The position numbers and the translations under genes are program-made. DNA of 30,810 nucleotides from a bacterium (GTDB lineage Bacteria; JAHJDO01): assembly GCA_043824255.1 (NCBI GenBank), contig JBDRTG010000014.1:1-30810 (forward strand). Reading direction: 5' to 3'. The notes below the pieces were generated by a model, which was not told where the DNA came from, ran no database searches, and worked only from the letters and a program-made list of their open reading frames with translations. Shown here piece after piece: positions 17,688-27,795 of the stretch. Numbering within the stretch: position 1 is the stretch's first letter; every line of letters starts with the position of its first letter.

Positions 17688-18581
17688 ATGAAAGCAGGAA
17701 ACAGGTTTTTAATAATAATGCTTGTAGTTGTTGTAGGTCTGTCATTTCTAGTCTTCTATAAGGTTGATGAGAGAGAACATGTTATCATTACTCAGTTTGG
17801 ACACCCTGTTAAAACTATCGGTAATCCGGGTCTTTACTATAAATGGCCTGACCCTGTTCAAACAGTCAACAGGTTTGAAAAAAGACTAATGCTTTATAGA
17901 ACCAGATTGATTGAATATCTTACACAGGATAAAAAAAATATAATTGTGCAGTGTTTTGTATGCTGGAGGATTGATAATCCTTTAGAATTTTTTCAGGCAG
18001 TTGGGAATAATATAAATGCCGCAAAAAAGATCGATGATATTATTTGCGCTCAGCTTGGAAGCGTTCTGGGTAATTATGAAATATCGTCAATAATATCAAC
18101 AAAAAAAGATGCTGTGAAAATCAAGGAGATAGAAAAAACTATAACAAAGAATAGCAACAAAAAAACTATAGATTCTTATGGTATTGAAATAAAAGAAATA
18201 GGGATATGTCGGCTTGCATTGCCTCAGGATAATGTTGAAAGCGTGTATAAAAGAATGAAGTCTGAAAGAGAATCAATTGCAAACAAATACCGCGCAGAAG
18301 GCAGAGAAAAGGCAGATATAATAAGATCTGAGGCGAATAAAATTCAGAGTGACATACTGTCTGAAGCCTATAAAGATGCTGAGATTATAAAGGGAGAGGG
18401 AGATGCTGCTGCTACAAAAATATATGCAGAAGCTTTTGAAAAGGATCCTGCATTTTATAAGTTTATGAGAACTTTAGAATCTTACAAAAGAATAATTGAT
18501 GATAAAACTACAGTTGTTCTCTCATCCAAATCCGATCTATTCAAATATCTCAATAAAAAGACAAATGAGGATAGTAAATAG
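17688..18581 (+). CDS. hflC: HflC-like SPFH protein
   Basis: IITQFG, LTQDKKNIIV, VYKRMKSERE, YRAEG, GEGDAAA and DPAFYKFMRTLESY motifs. Confidence 0.9.
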   Translation: MKAGNRFLIIMLVVVVGLSFLVFYKVDEREHVIITQFGHPVKTIGNPGLYYKWPDPVQTVNRFEKRLMLYRTRLIEYLTQDKKNIIVQCFVCWRIDNPLEFFQAVGNNINAAKKIDDIICAQLGSVLGNYEISSIISTKKDAVKIKEIEKTITKNSNKKTIDSYGIEIKEIGICRLALPQDNVESVYKRMKSERESIANKYRAEGREKADIIRSEANKIQSDILSEAYKDAEIIKGEGDAAATKIYAEAFEKDPAFYKFMRTLESYKRIIDDKTTVVLSSKSDLFKYLNKKTNEDSK

Positions 18582-19555
18582 TGCATAAAGACCGCAAAAA
18601 TCTTATTGAACTAAAAAAAGATGTTCTATCTGCCCTTGCGACAGATATACATAAGCTATATCGCTGGTTTGCTGTATTACTATTCGGAATATACATGCTC
18701 TCAGGCATATATATTGTGAAGACAAATGAAGTTGGACTTATCAAGCGATTTGGGAAAGTGATACGGGAGAATGTTGAGTCCGGCATTCATTATCGTATGC
18801 CATGGCCAATAGACGAAGTTGATAAGGTGAAGATCAAAGAAGTTATGAGGACAGAACTTTCGTTTTGGTCAGATAAGATAGATAAAGACACACTTCCGTC
18901 TTACTGCATAACAGGGGATAAAAATATAGTTCATCTTAAGATGATAATTAATTATCAAATAAAAGAGCCAAAGAAGTTTTTATATAGAATTTATAACTCA
19001 GATAAGATCCTTGAGAATTCCATGTATTCAGCCATAATCGAGGCAATTGCTAAAGTAAATGTTGATGATGTTCTTACTACAGCTAAGTATAGATTTCAGC
19101 AGGATACTATACGTTTATGTCAGGAGAGATTGGATTTTCTAGGAACTGGTTTAGAGATAAAGTCAGTAGAACTTAAAAATATAGAGCCTCCATCAGAAGT
19201 TCTTCCAATGTTCAAAGACGTAGTCAATGCCAGAGAAGACGCTTCAACTATGATTCATGATGCAGAATCATATTCTAACAAGATCATTCCAAATGCGCAG
19301 GCAGAGGCTGCAAAAACAATCAGTCAGGCGCAGGCGTATAAGATAAAGAAGACAGCCTATGCGCAGGGAGAGACAAATAAATTCCTGAAGATATTAGAGG
19401 AGTATAGGAAAGCAGAGGATATTACAGAGTTTAGGTTACATGTGGAGACGTTGGAGAAAGTCATGCCAAAAGCAAAAAAATATATCACTGGTTCACACAC
19501 AAGTGGTAAAGAAATAGCAAATACCAAGTTTTTTATAAACTCTGAGGGCAAGTAA
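18581..19555 (+). CDS. hflK: HflK-like SPFH protein
   Basis: KRFGK, GIHYRMPWPID, ITGDKNIV, EPPSEV..FKDVVNARED and AQGETNKF motifs. Confidence 0.88.
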   Translation: MHKDRKNLIELKKDVLSALATDIHKLYRWFAVLLFGIYMLSGIYIVKTNEVGLIKRFGKVIRENVESGIHYRMPWPIDEVDKVKIKEVMRTELSFWSDKIDKDTLPSYCITGDKNIVHLKMIINYQIKEPKKFLYRIYNSDKILENSMYSAIIEAIAKVNVDDVLTTAKYRFQQDTIRLCQERLDFLGTGLEIKSVELKNIEPPSEVLPMFKDVVNAREDASTMIHDAESYSNKIIPNAQAEAAKTISQAQAYKIKKTAYAQGETNKFLKILEEYRKAEDITEFRLHVETLEKVMPKAKKYITGSHTSGKEIANTKFFINSEGK

Positions 19556-19556
19556 T

Positions 19557-20387
19557 CTATTCTTTTTCCCGTTCCCATTTATCTATAAGATTCTTAGCTT
19601 TTTTATTTTCTGGAAATAATCTGAGAACTTGTTTGTAACAATCTATTGCCTTTTGTGTATGTCCTTGAAATTTATGCGAGAAAGCAAGGAATCTGAGTAT
19701 GCCCGCTTTATCATATTCATCCATTTTGGCCTGCGATTTGAGGGCCCTCTCAAAATAGTATTGAGCTTTTTTATAATCCTTTAATTTCGAAAAATAGACT
19801 ATGCCCATTTCCTCAGATATTTGGTAGCTATCCGGATTATTTTTGATCCCCTCTGCCATAAATTTAATCGCTTCGTCTAATTTCCCAAGCCTGAACGCAA
19901 GCCAGTATCCTCCAACAGCGTACGCTCTTACATGATGGGGATTGAACATAGTTGCAAGCTTGAACCATGGCATAAGCTCATCCTCTCTTTTGCTGTGCAA
20001 ATGCTCTGTAATATTCGGCTTGAGATTGTATTCAAGCTTAGCAAATAATTTGTCTAACTTGTTGTATTTCAATTTATGTCTGTACTCAATTTCTTTGTGA
20101 TTATGTTCATGTTTGTGTTGTGTATGTCCTCCCATGTCTGCCTCTTCTAAAATATGGCAATGTCCATGTTCAGTCACTCCCCCATGAAGGTATTCGTCTG
20201 CTTTCAGCCACAACAAATCCGCGGAACCAGTAAAGACACCACCTAAAACTTTACTTATAATTTCTCCACCCGGAATAACAGAAGTGCTTTGGGCTGTATC
20301 CTCTGCAGAATAATGATATAGCTGGAGAGGGATTTGAAGCAGTATAACAGCAAGCAGTAATAGAATTAAAAATATAATTTTGGGCAT
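19557..20387 (-). CDS. Membrane-anchored TPR protein with a His-rich segment
   Basis: N-terminal hydrophobic anchor, ADLLWLKADEYLHGG, HGHCH...HTQHKHEHNH, C-terminal TPR-like repeats. Confidence 0.75.
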   Translation of the reverse strand: MPKIIFLILLLLAVILLQIPLQLYHYSAEDTAQSTSVIPGGEIISKVLGGVFTGSADLLWLKADEYLHGGVTEHGHCHILEEADMGGHTQHKHEHNHKEIEYRHKLKYNKLDKLFAKLEYNLKPNITEHLHSKREDELMPWFKLATMFNPHHVRAYAVGGYWLAFRLGKLDEAIKFMAEGIKNNPDSYQISEEMGIVYFSKLKDYKKAQYYFERALKSQAKMDEYDKAGILRFLAFSHKFQGHTQKAIDCYKQVLRLFPENKKAKNLIDKWEREKE

Positions 20388-20417
20388 AATCCCTTAATCC
20401 TTACCACTTAATCCTAG

Positions 20418-21185
20418 TTACAATTGTCTTCTCTGAAATTTCAATGTACCTATTAGTAGAAAGATAGATATATAAACAAGAGCGTATATCGTCACTGTTA
20501 TTATTACCCATGCTGGTACTGGTGGCCATTGGTGAACTATCTTTTTTGATAAGTCAAAGTAATCAAGATGAGGCAGGATATAATTAAGAGACCTGAGAAT
20601 CCAGGCAAGGAATGCTCCGCACTTATCAAGCACATCTGAGATAGCTTTGCCAATCCAATGTCCCAGAATAAAATAAAGGATTGAAACTGTAACATTTGCA
20701 GCATTTGTCATAAAAACTGACAGACATATAACAATAGAGGATATAAGCATTAATTGAAGAATATGCAGGAATATCCCCTGTATTAAAATACCCGATACAC
20801 TACTCCCTTTAGAAAACAGGAGAATAATAAATATTCCCTCAAAAACCAAAAAACATAATATAGAAATAATAGAGGTTCCAAGCCATTTTCCTATAATAAA
20901 TTCAGATCTTTTTAGAGGTTTTGCCATTAACGGATAAATTGTGCGGCTGTTTAGCTCAGTGGGTACCTGTCTTGCTCCAACAACAACAGCGATAATTACA
21001 GTTATATAGGTAATGATGAGAAAGGATAATTCTATAAAATACTTTACTAACCCTGTCAGAGAGAAAAAACTTGCCATTGCAACTATGGACATCATTGCAA
21101 TAGATAGAATAAATAAAACATATATTTCTTTCTTTCTAATAGATTCCTCAATTACATTTTTCGCAATAATCCATGCAGCTTTCAT
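20418..21185 (-). CDS. ABC-2 type transporter permease
   Basis: Six TM helices; ELNSRTIYPLMAKPLKRSEFIIGKWLG signature. Confidence 0.88.
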   Translation of the reverse strand: MKAAWIIAKNVIEESIRKKEIYVLFILSIAMMSIVAMASFFSLTGLVKYFIELSFLIITYITVIIAVVVGARQVPTELNSRTIYPLMAKPLKRSEFIIGKWLGTSIISILCFLVFEGIFIILLFSKGSSVSGILIQGIFLHILQLMLISSIVICLSVFMTNAANVTVSILYFILGHWIGKAISDVLDKCGAFLAWILRSLNYILPHLDYFDLSKKIVHQWPPVPAWVIITVTIYALVYISIFLLIGTLKFQRRQL

Positions 21186-21928
21186 GCTCTTTTATCCTTT
21201 ATCATCCTGATGAAAATATCTTCCAATACAGTTTGCTTTGTATCAATTTTACCAACAATTTGGTCTAGCTTCTCAGTCTTTAGAATTTGTCCTCTGTCAA
21301 TTATTCCCACTCTGTCACAAATCAGTTCTACTTCTGAAAGCTCATGTGAGCTAAAAAATATGGTTTTACCTCTATTCTTGAGTTCTAAGATAATATCGCG
21401 TATTTCTCTTTTACCAATTGGATCAAGACCTGAATTAGGTTCATCCAGTATCAGAACTTCAGGATCATTTATAATAGCTTGTGCAAGTCCAAGACGCTGG
21501 TTCATGCCTTTTGACAGGTTTCGGATAGGAGTATTTTTTTTCTCTGTTAATCCAACAGTTTCCAGAACGGAATCTATTCTGTTGTTTAATATAGTTTTGT
21601 CTATACGAAATAATTTCCCGTACATTGTGAGAATCTTGAAAGGCGTAAGAAATGGATAATAATAAGCTATCTCTGGTAAATATCCAATTCTAAACCTGTT
21701 TCTTAGTGAGGAAGATTTTTTCCCGAATATAACTGCATTGCCATTAGTAGGAGACATGAAACCCAATAAGATATTGATAGTTGTTGTTTTTCCTGCGCCA
21801 TTAGGACCTATAAATCCAAATATTTCCCCTTTATAAGCAGACAGAGTTATACCTTTTAAAGCAACAGTTTTTTCTCTGCCTGCTCTATATTCAGCATGAA
21901 GGTCTCTAATTTCTATTACTGGTTCCAT
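21182..21928 (-). CDS. ABC transporter ATP-binding protein (ABC-2 exporter type)
   Basis: GPNGAGKTT, LSKGM, LILDEP and SSH motifs. Confidence 0.93.
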   Translation of the reverse strand: MEPVIEIRDLHAEYRAGREKTVALKGITLSAYKGEIFGFIGPNGAGKTTTINILLGFMSPTNGNAVIFGKKSSSLRNRFRIGYLPEIAYYYPFLTPFKILTMYGKLFRIDKTILNNRIDSVLETVGLTEKKNTPIRNLSKGMNQRLGLAQAIINDPEVLILDEPNSGLDPIGKREIRDIILELKNRGKTIFFSSHELSEVELICDRVGIIDRGQILKTEKLDQIVGKIDTKQTVLEDIFIRMIKDKRA

Positions 21929-21958
21929 GGTTTTTTACTTTCGCCAAATCTGAATATA

Positions 21959-21987
21959 AACATACTGAAATTTTAGAATATTGTCAA
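21959..21987 (-). promoter_or_regulatory. Putative sigma70 promoter for the ABC-2/TPR genes
   Basis: Minus strand TTGACA (21987-21982), 17 bp, TATGTT (21964-21959). Confidence 0.55.
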
Positions 21988-22043
21988 TTATCCATTATTT
22001 TACTTATGTTAAGGACATTACCTTGGGCTTTTCTTGTGTCATT

Positions 22044-22766
22044 CTATCTTAAGGATAGGGGTACTTCTAACCAGTGGGATTCCATAAGAGATTTATTACT
22101 TAGAATTTCTTTTGTACCTCCATAGGCGGCTATTTTGCCTTTATCCAGTACAACTACTTTATTGCAAATATCTAAAATCAATTCTAGATCATGGCCAGAA
22201 ATTATCTTGGTAACTCTTATACCTCTAAGTACTTCCATTAGATGTCGTCTTGACCTCGGGTCTAAATTACTTGAAGGCTCATCTAAAACTAGAATTTCTG
22301 GGTTCATTGATAAAACAGTAGCTAAAGATATCCTCTTTTTTTCACCAAAACTTAGATGATGAGATACCCTGTTAATTGAGTCTAACATATCTACTTCTTT
22401 CAAGGCTTTTTTGACAGATGAATTAATTTCTTCTTTTTCTTTTCCTATATTAACTAATCCAAAGGCAACATCATCAAAAACAGTGGGCATAAAGAGTTGA
22501 TCTTCTGGATCCTGGAAAACCAAGCCGACTTTACTTCTAATGAAATCTAAATTCTTATCAGTTATTTCTAATCCCATAATCTCTACTTTGCCACTTCCCC
22601 CTAAGATCCCATTTAAATGAAGAAGCAGAGTAGATTTTCCTGCACCATTTGGTCCAATCAAACCAATAGATTCTCCTTCAAAGATGCTTAAGTCCACTCC
22701 TCGGAGCGCCTTCGTGCCGTCTGAATAGGTATATTTTAAGCCTTTTATTTTTATCATCTCTTTCAT
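22044..22766 (-). CDS. cbiO: ECF Ni/Co transporter ATPase (NikO/CbiO)
   Basis: GPNGAGKST, VFQDPEDQLFMPTVFDDVAFG and HLSFGEKKR motifs. Confidence 0.9.
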   Translation of the reverse strand: MKEMIKIKGLKYTYSDGTKALRGVDLSIFEGESIGLIGPNGAGKSTLLLHLNGILGGSGKVEIMGLEITDKNLDFIRSKVGLVFQDPEDQLFMPTVFDDVAFGLVNIGKEKEEINSSVKKALKEVDMLDSINRVSHHLSFGEKKRISLATVLSMNPEILVLDEPSSNLDPRSRRHLMEVLRGIRVTKIISGHDLELILDICNKVVVLDKGKIAAYGGTKEILSNKSLMESHWLEVPLSLR

Positions 22767-23524
22767 AGCATGTGCCCTGTAAGATGTAACATGACTGCCA
22801 GGATTATAATTAACGATGCCTTAAGAAAATCATTGTTTGAGAGTTTAAATTCATCCAGAGTCTTTATGCTTCCCTTGTATCCTCTTGAGACCATGGCATT
22901 ATACATTCGCTGTGTTCTTTCAAAAGCTCGAATAAACAGCATCCCTATCAAATTGCCTGTTATCTTCAGGGTATGGATATTTGTTCCTCTCTTAAACAAT
23001 CTTGCTTTAGCAGCTGTTGACATTTTCGCTAGTTCTCCCAACAGGACAAAGATATAACGATATGTAAACATAACTAGTTGAATTAATTTATTAGGGAATT
23101 TAAGTCTTTGAAGAGCCTTTATAGTCTTATGAAATTCCATTGTTCCAATCATAGGGAAAATAATCATACAAATACTTATTGCTCTTAAAGCTATTAAGGA
23201 AGAGAGTCTCAATCCCTCATGAGAAACACCTATAACACTCAGAATAATAGTCTTCTGACCGGGAACAGTCAAAGGCATAATAATAAAGAAAAATAGGACA
23301 GAAAGAATTACCCATCTTAAATGTTTTAGCACAAAAGAAAATGGAATCCTGGATAGAAAGAGAAGAATTATAGCCAAAATGAGTCCTAAAGAAGCAGATA
23401 AGAGATTAGGAAGTAGAGCGATAGATAAAATCAAAAAAGAAAAGGAAATAAGCTTAACTCTTGGATCCCAGGAATGAAACACAGATTTAAGATGTGCGTA
23501 TTTATCAATCTCTGGAAGATGCAT
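22763..23524 (-). CDS. cbiQ: ECF Ni/Co transporter T component (NikQ/CbiQ)
   Basis: HSWDPRVK, FTYRYIFVL, AKAR and AMVSRGY motifs. Confidence 0.9.
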   Translation of the reverse strand: MHLPEIDKYAHLKSVFHSWDPRVKLISFSFLILSIALLPNLLSASLGLILAIILLFLSRIPFSFVLKHLRWVILSVLFFFIIMPLTVPGQKTIILSVIGVSHEGLRLSSLIALRAISICMIIFPMIGTMEFHKTIKALQRLKFPNKLIQLVMFTYRYIFVLLGELAKMSTAAKARLFKRGTNIHTLKITGNLIGMLFIRAFERTQRMYNAMVSRGYKGSIKTLDEFKLSNNDFLKASLIIILAVMLHLTGHML

Positions 23525-24131
23525 TTTTTTTGTGGTTATCCTTATTTTTCCCGAGGAAGTATGCGATAATTCCCATAATGCCCAAAATATATCCTATGCC
23601 ACCTATTACCTCCCTGAAGGATACTTTCTTCTGCTGTGTCTTTGCGAGCTCCCTCATAATCGGCTTTAATTTTTTATCAAGAGAACTGTTGATAATCATT
23701 TCGATTTGGTCTAAATCAACTTGTGAGATCTCTTCGACTTCGGACTCTTTAGGTTTTGGCTCTTGCAGTCTTTGCTCAAGCTTTATTTCAGGCAATTCAT
23801 CTTTTGAGAGGGCATATGAATTTTTATGACCCATGGAGGCAATAAGGACTATTTTTAAGTCGTCTTTCTTGGGAGGTTTAAAATTAAACTGTCCCTCTTT
23901 ATTGCTCTTACCCTCCAACAATCTTTTCCCCTGACTGTCGTACACCTCAATTAGACCGCCTTCTACCTTTCTTCCATCTGGGAAATAACTCTCGGTATAG
24001 ACCGTATCACCTTCTACATACGCAAAAATATTTACCTTATGGGCAAAGGCAGAAGTAGTAAAGAGTGAAGAGTAAAGAGTGAAAAGCAGAAATATAATTT
24101 TGATTTTTGATTTTTGATTTTTGATTTTCAT
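23505..24131 (-). CDS. NikL/CbiL-like accessory component of the Ni/Co ECF transporter
   Basis: Signal peptide followed by AHKVNIFAY, a MGH motif, and a C-terminal TM helix IGGIGYILG. Confidence 0.8.
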   Translation of the reverse strand: MKIKNQKSKIKIIFLLFTLYSSLFTTSAFAHKVNIFAYVEGDTVYTESYFPDGRKVEGGLIEVYDSQGKRLLEGKSNKEGQFNFKPPKKDDLKIVLIASMGHKNSYALSKDELPEIKLEQRLQEPKPKESEVEEISQVDLDQIEMIINSSLDKKLKPIMRELAKTQQKKVSFREVIGGIGYILGIMGIIAYFLGKNKDNHKKNASSRD

Positions 24132-24922
24132 TTCATGTCTCTTGTCCTAACCCAATAAACAGCACCGATTTCAATGGATTTATCTTTTCCGCCAGGGTCT
24201 TTCATTGTCCATGAAGCTTCATTCAGTGCAGCAAAACCCCACCAGCCGGCCTTGGGCATAGCGTATGAAAACACACCATTTGCATCAGCCTTGACTACCT
24301 GCGTGATATATGGATCAGCAGGAGGTTTTATCTTACCATCTTCGTTGTAATATTCCACTTCTACCTCTGCAAAAGGGACAGGTCTTCCCTTTACCTTTAC
24401 CATCCCAGTGAATACATTTCCTGTCCAAAGTCCATATGGTCTAGTTAATGGCACAATCTCTGTCTCTAGCCCAATTTCTCCATCCCAGCCTTCTTCAAGT
24501 CCCAGTGCATTCACACATACCTTAGTATAGTGAATAATGTAACAGTCTTCTGCCGGCTCCCAGTACGGTTTGGGCTCGACATAAAATGTGTAGTCTCCAG
24601 GCCTCCTGATTTTATACATAGTTTCCCAGTAGGTAAAATCTTTCGTCTGGTCAATCCATCTTCCTTTCTTGGACTGGAGAGTCGGAAGCAGAGACACATT
24701 CTTGCCACCAACTCTTACTCCAAAGTTCACTGGTTTTTCCATTTCCATGTAATGCCCTTCCATTGGGTGAATGAACTTTACCTCTAAGGTAATGGTTTTG
24801 GTATCTTCCTGGGTAATAATATCATCAGATGGAATGAGCATACCAAAATGAGCATACACCATCGATGACCACAAATAAACTATGCAAACCAAGTTCCCTA
24901 ACGCCATAATATTTTTTTTCAT
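24128..24922 (-). CDS. DUF4198 (NikK-like) periplasmic component
   Basis: Signal peptide then [34 protein letters not shown] and GWWGFAAL motifs. Confidence 0.85.
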   Translation of the reverse strand: MKKNIMALGNLVCIVYLWSSMVYAHFGMLIPSDDIITQEDTKTITLEVKFIHPMEGHYMEMEKPVNFGVRVGGKNVSLLPTLQSKKGRWIDQTKDFTYWETMYKIRRPGDYTFYVEPKPYWEPAEDCYIIHYTKVCVNALGLEEGWDGEIGLETEIVPLTRPYGLWTGNVFTGMVKVKGRPVPFAEVEVEYYNEDGKIKPPADPYITQVVKADANGVFSYAMPKAGWWGFAALNEASWTMKDPGGKDKSIEIGAVYWVRTRDMK

Positions 24923-24951
24923 CTTAAATCTCCTCTTAATGAAATTGTCAT

Positions 24952-26175
24952 TTAAAATTCTACAGTGAGTTCAGTTAGAAGTTCCTGCCCACCTTTTGAA
25001 TTAGGATATTCTAACGTTCTGTAGTCCATCTGTATATTCGTATATTCATTGAAAGTGTACTTGATACCCACTGTATTTGTTCTTCTTGTATCGCCTGAAG
25101 ACTTTCCACTTGGATTGTACATTTCATGCTTGTAAACAGACAGCCACTTTGGTGTCAGTTCATATGTTGCTTGTGCGTACCATCCATCAGAACTGATATC
25201 AGCTTTCTGGTCATCCCTGTCTCTTTTCTGCTGAATATATTCACTCTGAAGTTTAAATCCTCTATTGGCTATATTCCCTTCATATTTGAGCAAGCCGCCG
25301 ATTCTTGTTCTGTCTCCGCCATAAGTAATTCCACCAGAAGTTTCATTAGGCTGACGTCCTCCCTGAGCTGATACGCCAATGCTCAATCCATCTAATATTC
25401 CACCGTTAGCTTTAAAAGGAGAGACAACTACTCTACCTATAATGTCCTTCTGGTCATTATCATCCGAGGTATTGATGCCGTTTCCATTAAATACTCCTAA
25501 TACATAAGTAATTTTCTCATCCAGGATATCTCCGCTAATTGCTACACCAACATCCTTTTCTGCTGCTATGGAAGCAACCACTTCTGCTTTTTCTATTGTA
25601 TCCTGTCCTTCCAGATGCTCTTCACTAAATGGGACATTGAACTGACCAGCTGTTACTGCAACATACGGTAAGCCTGTGTACTGCATCCATATATCCCTTA
25701 GATTGCTCCCATTATCCTGTTCGTTCATCGTAAGGCTGATACCGTAGTTCCATTCATCTGCAATTTCGCCTTCAATATCAAGAGAATCGTCTGAAACCTT
25801 AAAAGTATCATAGTCTTTCTTACCGCTTGAGGTTGTTGTTCTATCCTCTTTATGTCCCCGGTAATGGGAATTTCTGAACTTAATTGATCCTCCGATTTTC
25901 ATCTTATCTGAACCAATCTGTGGAAATTCAAAGCTTGCTTCTGTCTTCTCCTCTATAGATTTAGCTACCTCGGCTTTTTCTTTCTGCTTCTCCGTTATGA
26001 GCTCTTCCTTCAACTCTTCTGCTTCCAAAGCTGTAATAATTCCTTTCCTTTGTAGTAAGTCTATTATCTTTGCTTCTACGCCTTGTGCTTTTACTTCACC
26101 TCCTGCATACGCCGGGCCGATAAACATAACGAGCCCAATAACCACTAATCCAATTTTGAGCTTGAGTTTCATCAC
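24952..26175 (-). CDS. Outer-membrane beta-barrel porin (OprO/OprP-like)
   Basis: Signal peptide, [13 protein letters not shown]-terminal helix, [27 protein letters not shown], terminal Phe. Confidence 0.75.
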   Translation of the reverse strand: MMKLKLKIGLVVIGLVMFIGPAYAGGEVKAQGVEAKIIDLLQRKGIITALEAEELKEELITEKQKEKAEVAKSIEEKTEASFEFPQIGSDKMKIGGSIKFRNSHYRGHKEDRTTTSSGKKDYDTFKVSDDSLDIEGEIADEWNYGISLTMNEQDNGSNLRDIWMQYTGLPYVAVTAGQFNVPFSEEHLEGQDTIEKAEVVASIAAEKDVGVAISGDILDEKITYVLGVFNGNGINTSDDNDQKDIIGRVVVSPFKANGGILDGLSIGVSAQGGRQPNETSGGITYGGDRTRIGGLLKYEGNIANRGFKLQSEYIQQKRDRDDQKADISSDGWYAQATYELTPKWLSVYKHEMYNPSGKSSGDTRRTNTVGIKYTFNEYTNIQMDYRTLEYPNSKGGQELLTELTVEF

Positions 26176-26426
26176 TTCCTACCCTCCTATTTTGCTCCAA
26201 CACCTCTGTTTGTTCAGTCGGTATGGTAAGAAATCGATTTAAATTTTCAGCTCTGTTTGTACAGTGGCTCGTTTACACTAAAACCGCTTTTTTTCTTTCT
26301 TCTCTATTTGAACTATTTTTGAATCATGAACTATAATCACCACCTCCCCATAATTTATTTGCTTGATTGATTTGACTATTTCATTTAAAATTTTGCTATC
26401 AATGTTTCTTTTTTGTTCTACGTGTT

Positions 26427-27023
26427 TCATTCCAATATCTCTGGTTTTACCTTTATTAAAAATGAAACAATAAACGCGCTTATAATTGCCTCAATCACTA
26501 TCACAGGAAAATGAGCTAGAACTGCATATTTAGCTACTCCGATGAATTCACTTCCAGTGGTTACCAGAAGCATAGCTAGGATAAGAGTTCCCAGAAAAAC
26601 CCCTGAAGCTCCAGCAAGGCCTGCAAAAATGGCCTCATTTGCTCTGAAATGAAATCTCTTGTGCAAACCAAATAAACTATAAGCAAAGAGCGCCGGCAGA
26701 CCCATCATTACGCTATTTGCACCAATGGTGGTGATTCCCCCATGCTGAAACAGAAGCGCCTGAAGAACCAGTCCCAACAAAATAGATACAAAAGCAAGCG
26801 GTCCTAAAATTATTCCTGCTAAGCCATTGAGGATTAGATGGACGCTAGTAGGTCCGATGGGAATGTGAATCAAAGAAGCCACAAAAAAAACAGAAGTCAT
26901 TACCGCCACCTTAGGAACATCTTCGGCGTTCATTTTCTTACTAGTAATAGCTGAAATAACAGCGGTAACTACATACCCTCCAATCCATACTGGAGCTGAT
27001 AATACACCATCTGATATATGCAT
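26427..27023 (-). CDS. cbiM: ECF Ni/Co transporter S component (NikM/CbiM)
   Basis: N-terminal MHISDGVL, plus PTSVHL and LLFQHGGITTIGAN motifs. Confidence 0.92.
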   Translation of the reverse strand: MHISDGVLSAPVWIGGYVVTAVISAITSKKMNAEDVPKVAVMTSVFFVASLIHIPIGPTSVHLILNGLAGIILGPLAFVSILLGLVLQALLFQHGGITTIGANSVMMGLPALFAYSLFGLHKRFHFRANEAIFAGLAGASGVFLGTLILAMLLVTTGSEFIGVAKYAVLAHFPVIVIEAIISAFIVSFLIKVKPEILE

Positions 27024-27087
27024 TTACTCACCTCGCTATATCAGCAAATTCAATTCCATTTACTAATATCTATTTTTACCATTTATG

Positions 27088-27135
27088 TTATTACATTTCT
27101 TAAATTCGTGCTACTATTGACAAAAAAAATAATAC
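27088..27135 (-). promoter_or_regulatory. Putative NikR operator(s) upstream of nikM
   Basis: TTATTAC-N13-GTGCTAC (27088-27114) and overlapping GTGCTA-N16-TAATAC (27108-27135), similar to the E. coli NikR box GTATGA-N16-TCATAC. Confidence 0.55.
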
Positions 27136-27141
27136 TTGACA

Positions 27142-27558
27142 CTACTCTATTTCTCTCCCTGTGCTTGACATACTTAATGTTGCGTGTTTTACGCCTTTAA
27201 TCGACTTTAAAGTGTCCTCTAATCTTTTGGCTTCTTTAGGCTTACCTCTAATTGCAATTATCTCTAAGCAATTATTGTGATCCAAGTGGATATGCTGAGT
27301 GGATATAATTGCTTTTTGAAAATCATGCTGAATATCAGTAATTTTATCTAACAGTTCCCTTTTATGGTGGTTATAGATAAGGGTAATTGCTCCGGCAATT
27401 TCCTTACCTTCCTGCCACTGCTTCTTTACCAATTCCTGGCGAATCAAATCCCGAAAAGCCTCAGAGCGGTTGGAGTAATTTTTCTCTCTAATAAGACGGT
27501 CAAATTTATCCAATAGCCCTTTCTCTAAAGAAACCCCAAATCTAAATAAATCCGACAT
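27142..27558 (-). CDS. nikR: Nickel-responsive regulator NikR
   Basis: RFGVSL...YSNRSEAFRDLIR RHH domain; YNHH, IQHDF and HIHLDHNNCLE Ni ligands. Confidence 0.95.
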   Translation of the reverse strand: MSDLFRFGVSLEKGLLDKFDRLIREKNYSNRSEAFRDLIRQELVKKQWQEGKEIAGAITLIYNHHKRELLDKITDIQHDFQKAIISTQHIHLDHNNCLEIIAIRGKPKEAKRLEDTLKSIKGVKHATLSMSSTGREIE

Positions 27559-27569
27559 ATTATCCTATA

Positions 27570-27614
27570 GTATCACATTTCCCAGAATAGTAGCACAACA
27601 AAAATTAATGTCAA
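27570..27614 (-). promoter_or_regulatory. nikR promoter with an overlapping putative NikR operator
   Basis: Minus strand TTGACA (27614-27609), 16 bp, then TACTAT preceded by TG (extended -10). GTATCAC-N13-GTAGCAC at 27570-27596 overlaps the -10. Confidence 0.6.
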
Positions 27615-27767
27615 GGATTTTTTAATAAAAAGCCAAATAGGACATTATCATATGTGTATTACACTGAGTTTACTCGACAATATTTTTTTAATAGGTTTTT
27701 CCTGACTCATCTCAAATTCTTTTTGTTTCCCCTGCTTTAAGCTGCTTTTGTATTCTGGAAAATCCTA

Positions 27768-27795
27768 TATTCACATAACATACCTTATGCGAAGT
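27768..27795 (-). mobile_element. dif-like (XerC/XerD) site, right; inverted relative to the left site
   Basis: Minus strand ACTTCGCATAA-GGTATG-TTATGTGAATA (11-6-11); both arms are close to the dif consensus. Confidence 0.75.

Noticed and set aside
5722..19555. Selenocysteine (TGA) readthrough in the redox genes
   Set aside because: The catalytic Cys motifs I checked are ordinary Cys, and the TGA codons fall at the expected C-termini.
26176..26426. Possible cobalamin or NiCo riboswitch between nikM and the porin (minus strand contains GCCACTG)
   Set aside because: I could not find the other conserved elements or a convincing fold. An Infernal/Rfam scan would settle it.
4448..27200. Many short ORFs antisense to or nested in the called genes (e.g. 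9318-9716, 11037-11408, 21210-21659, 23494-23829)
   Set aside because: They overlap well-supported genes and have no recognisable motifs.
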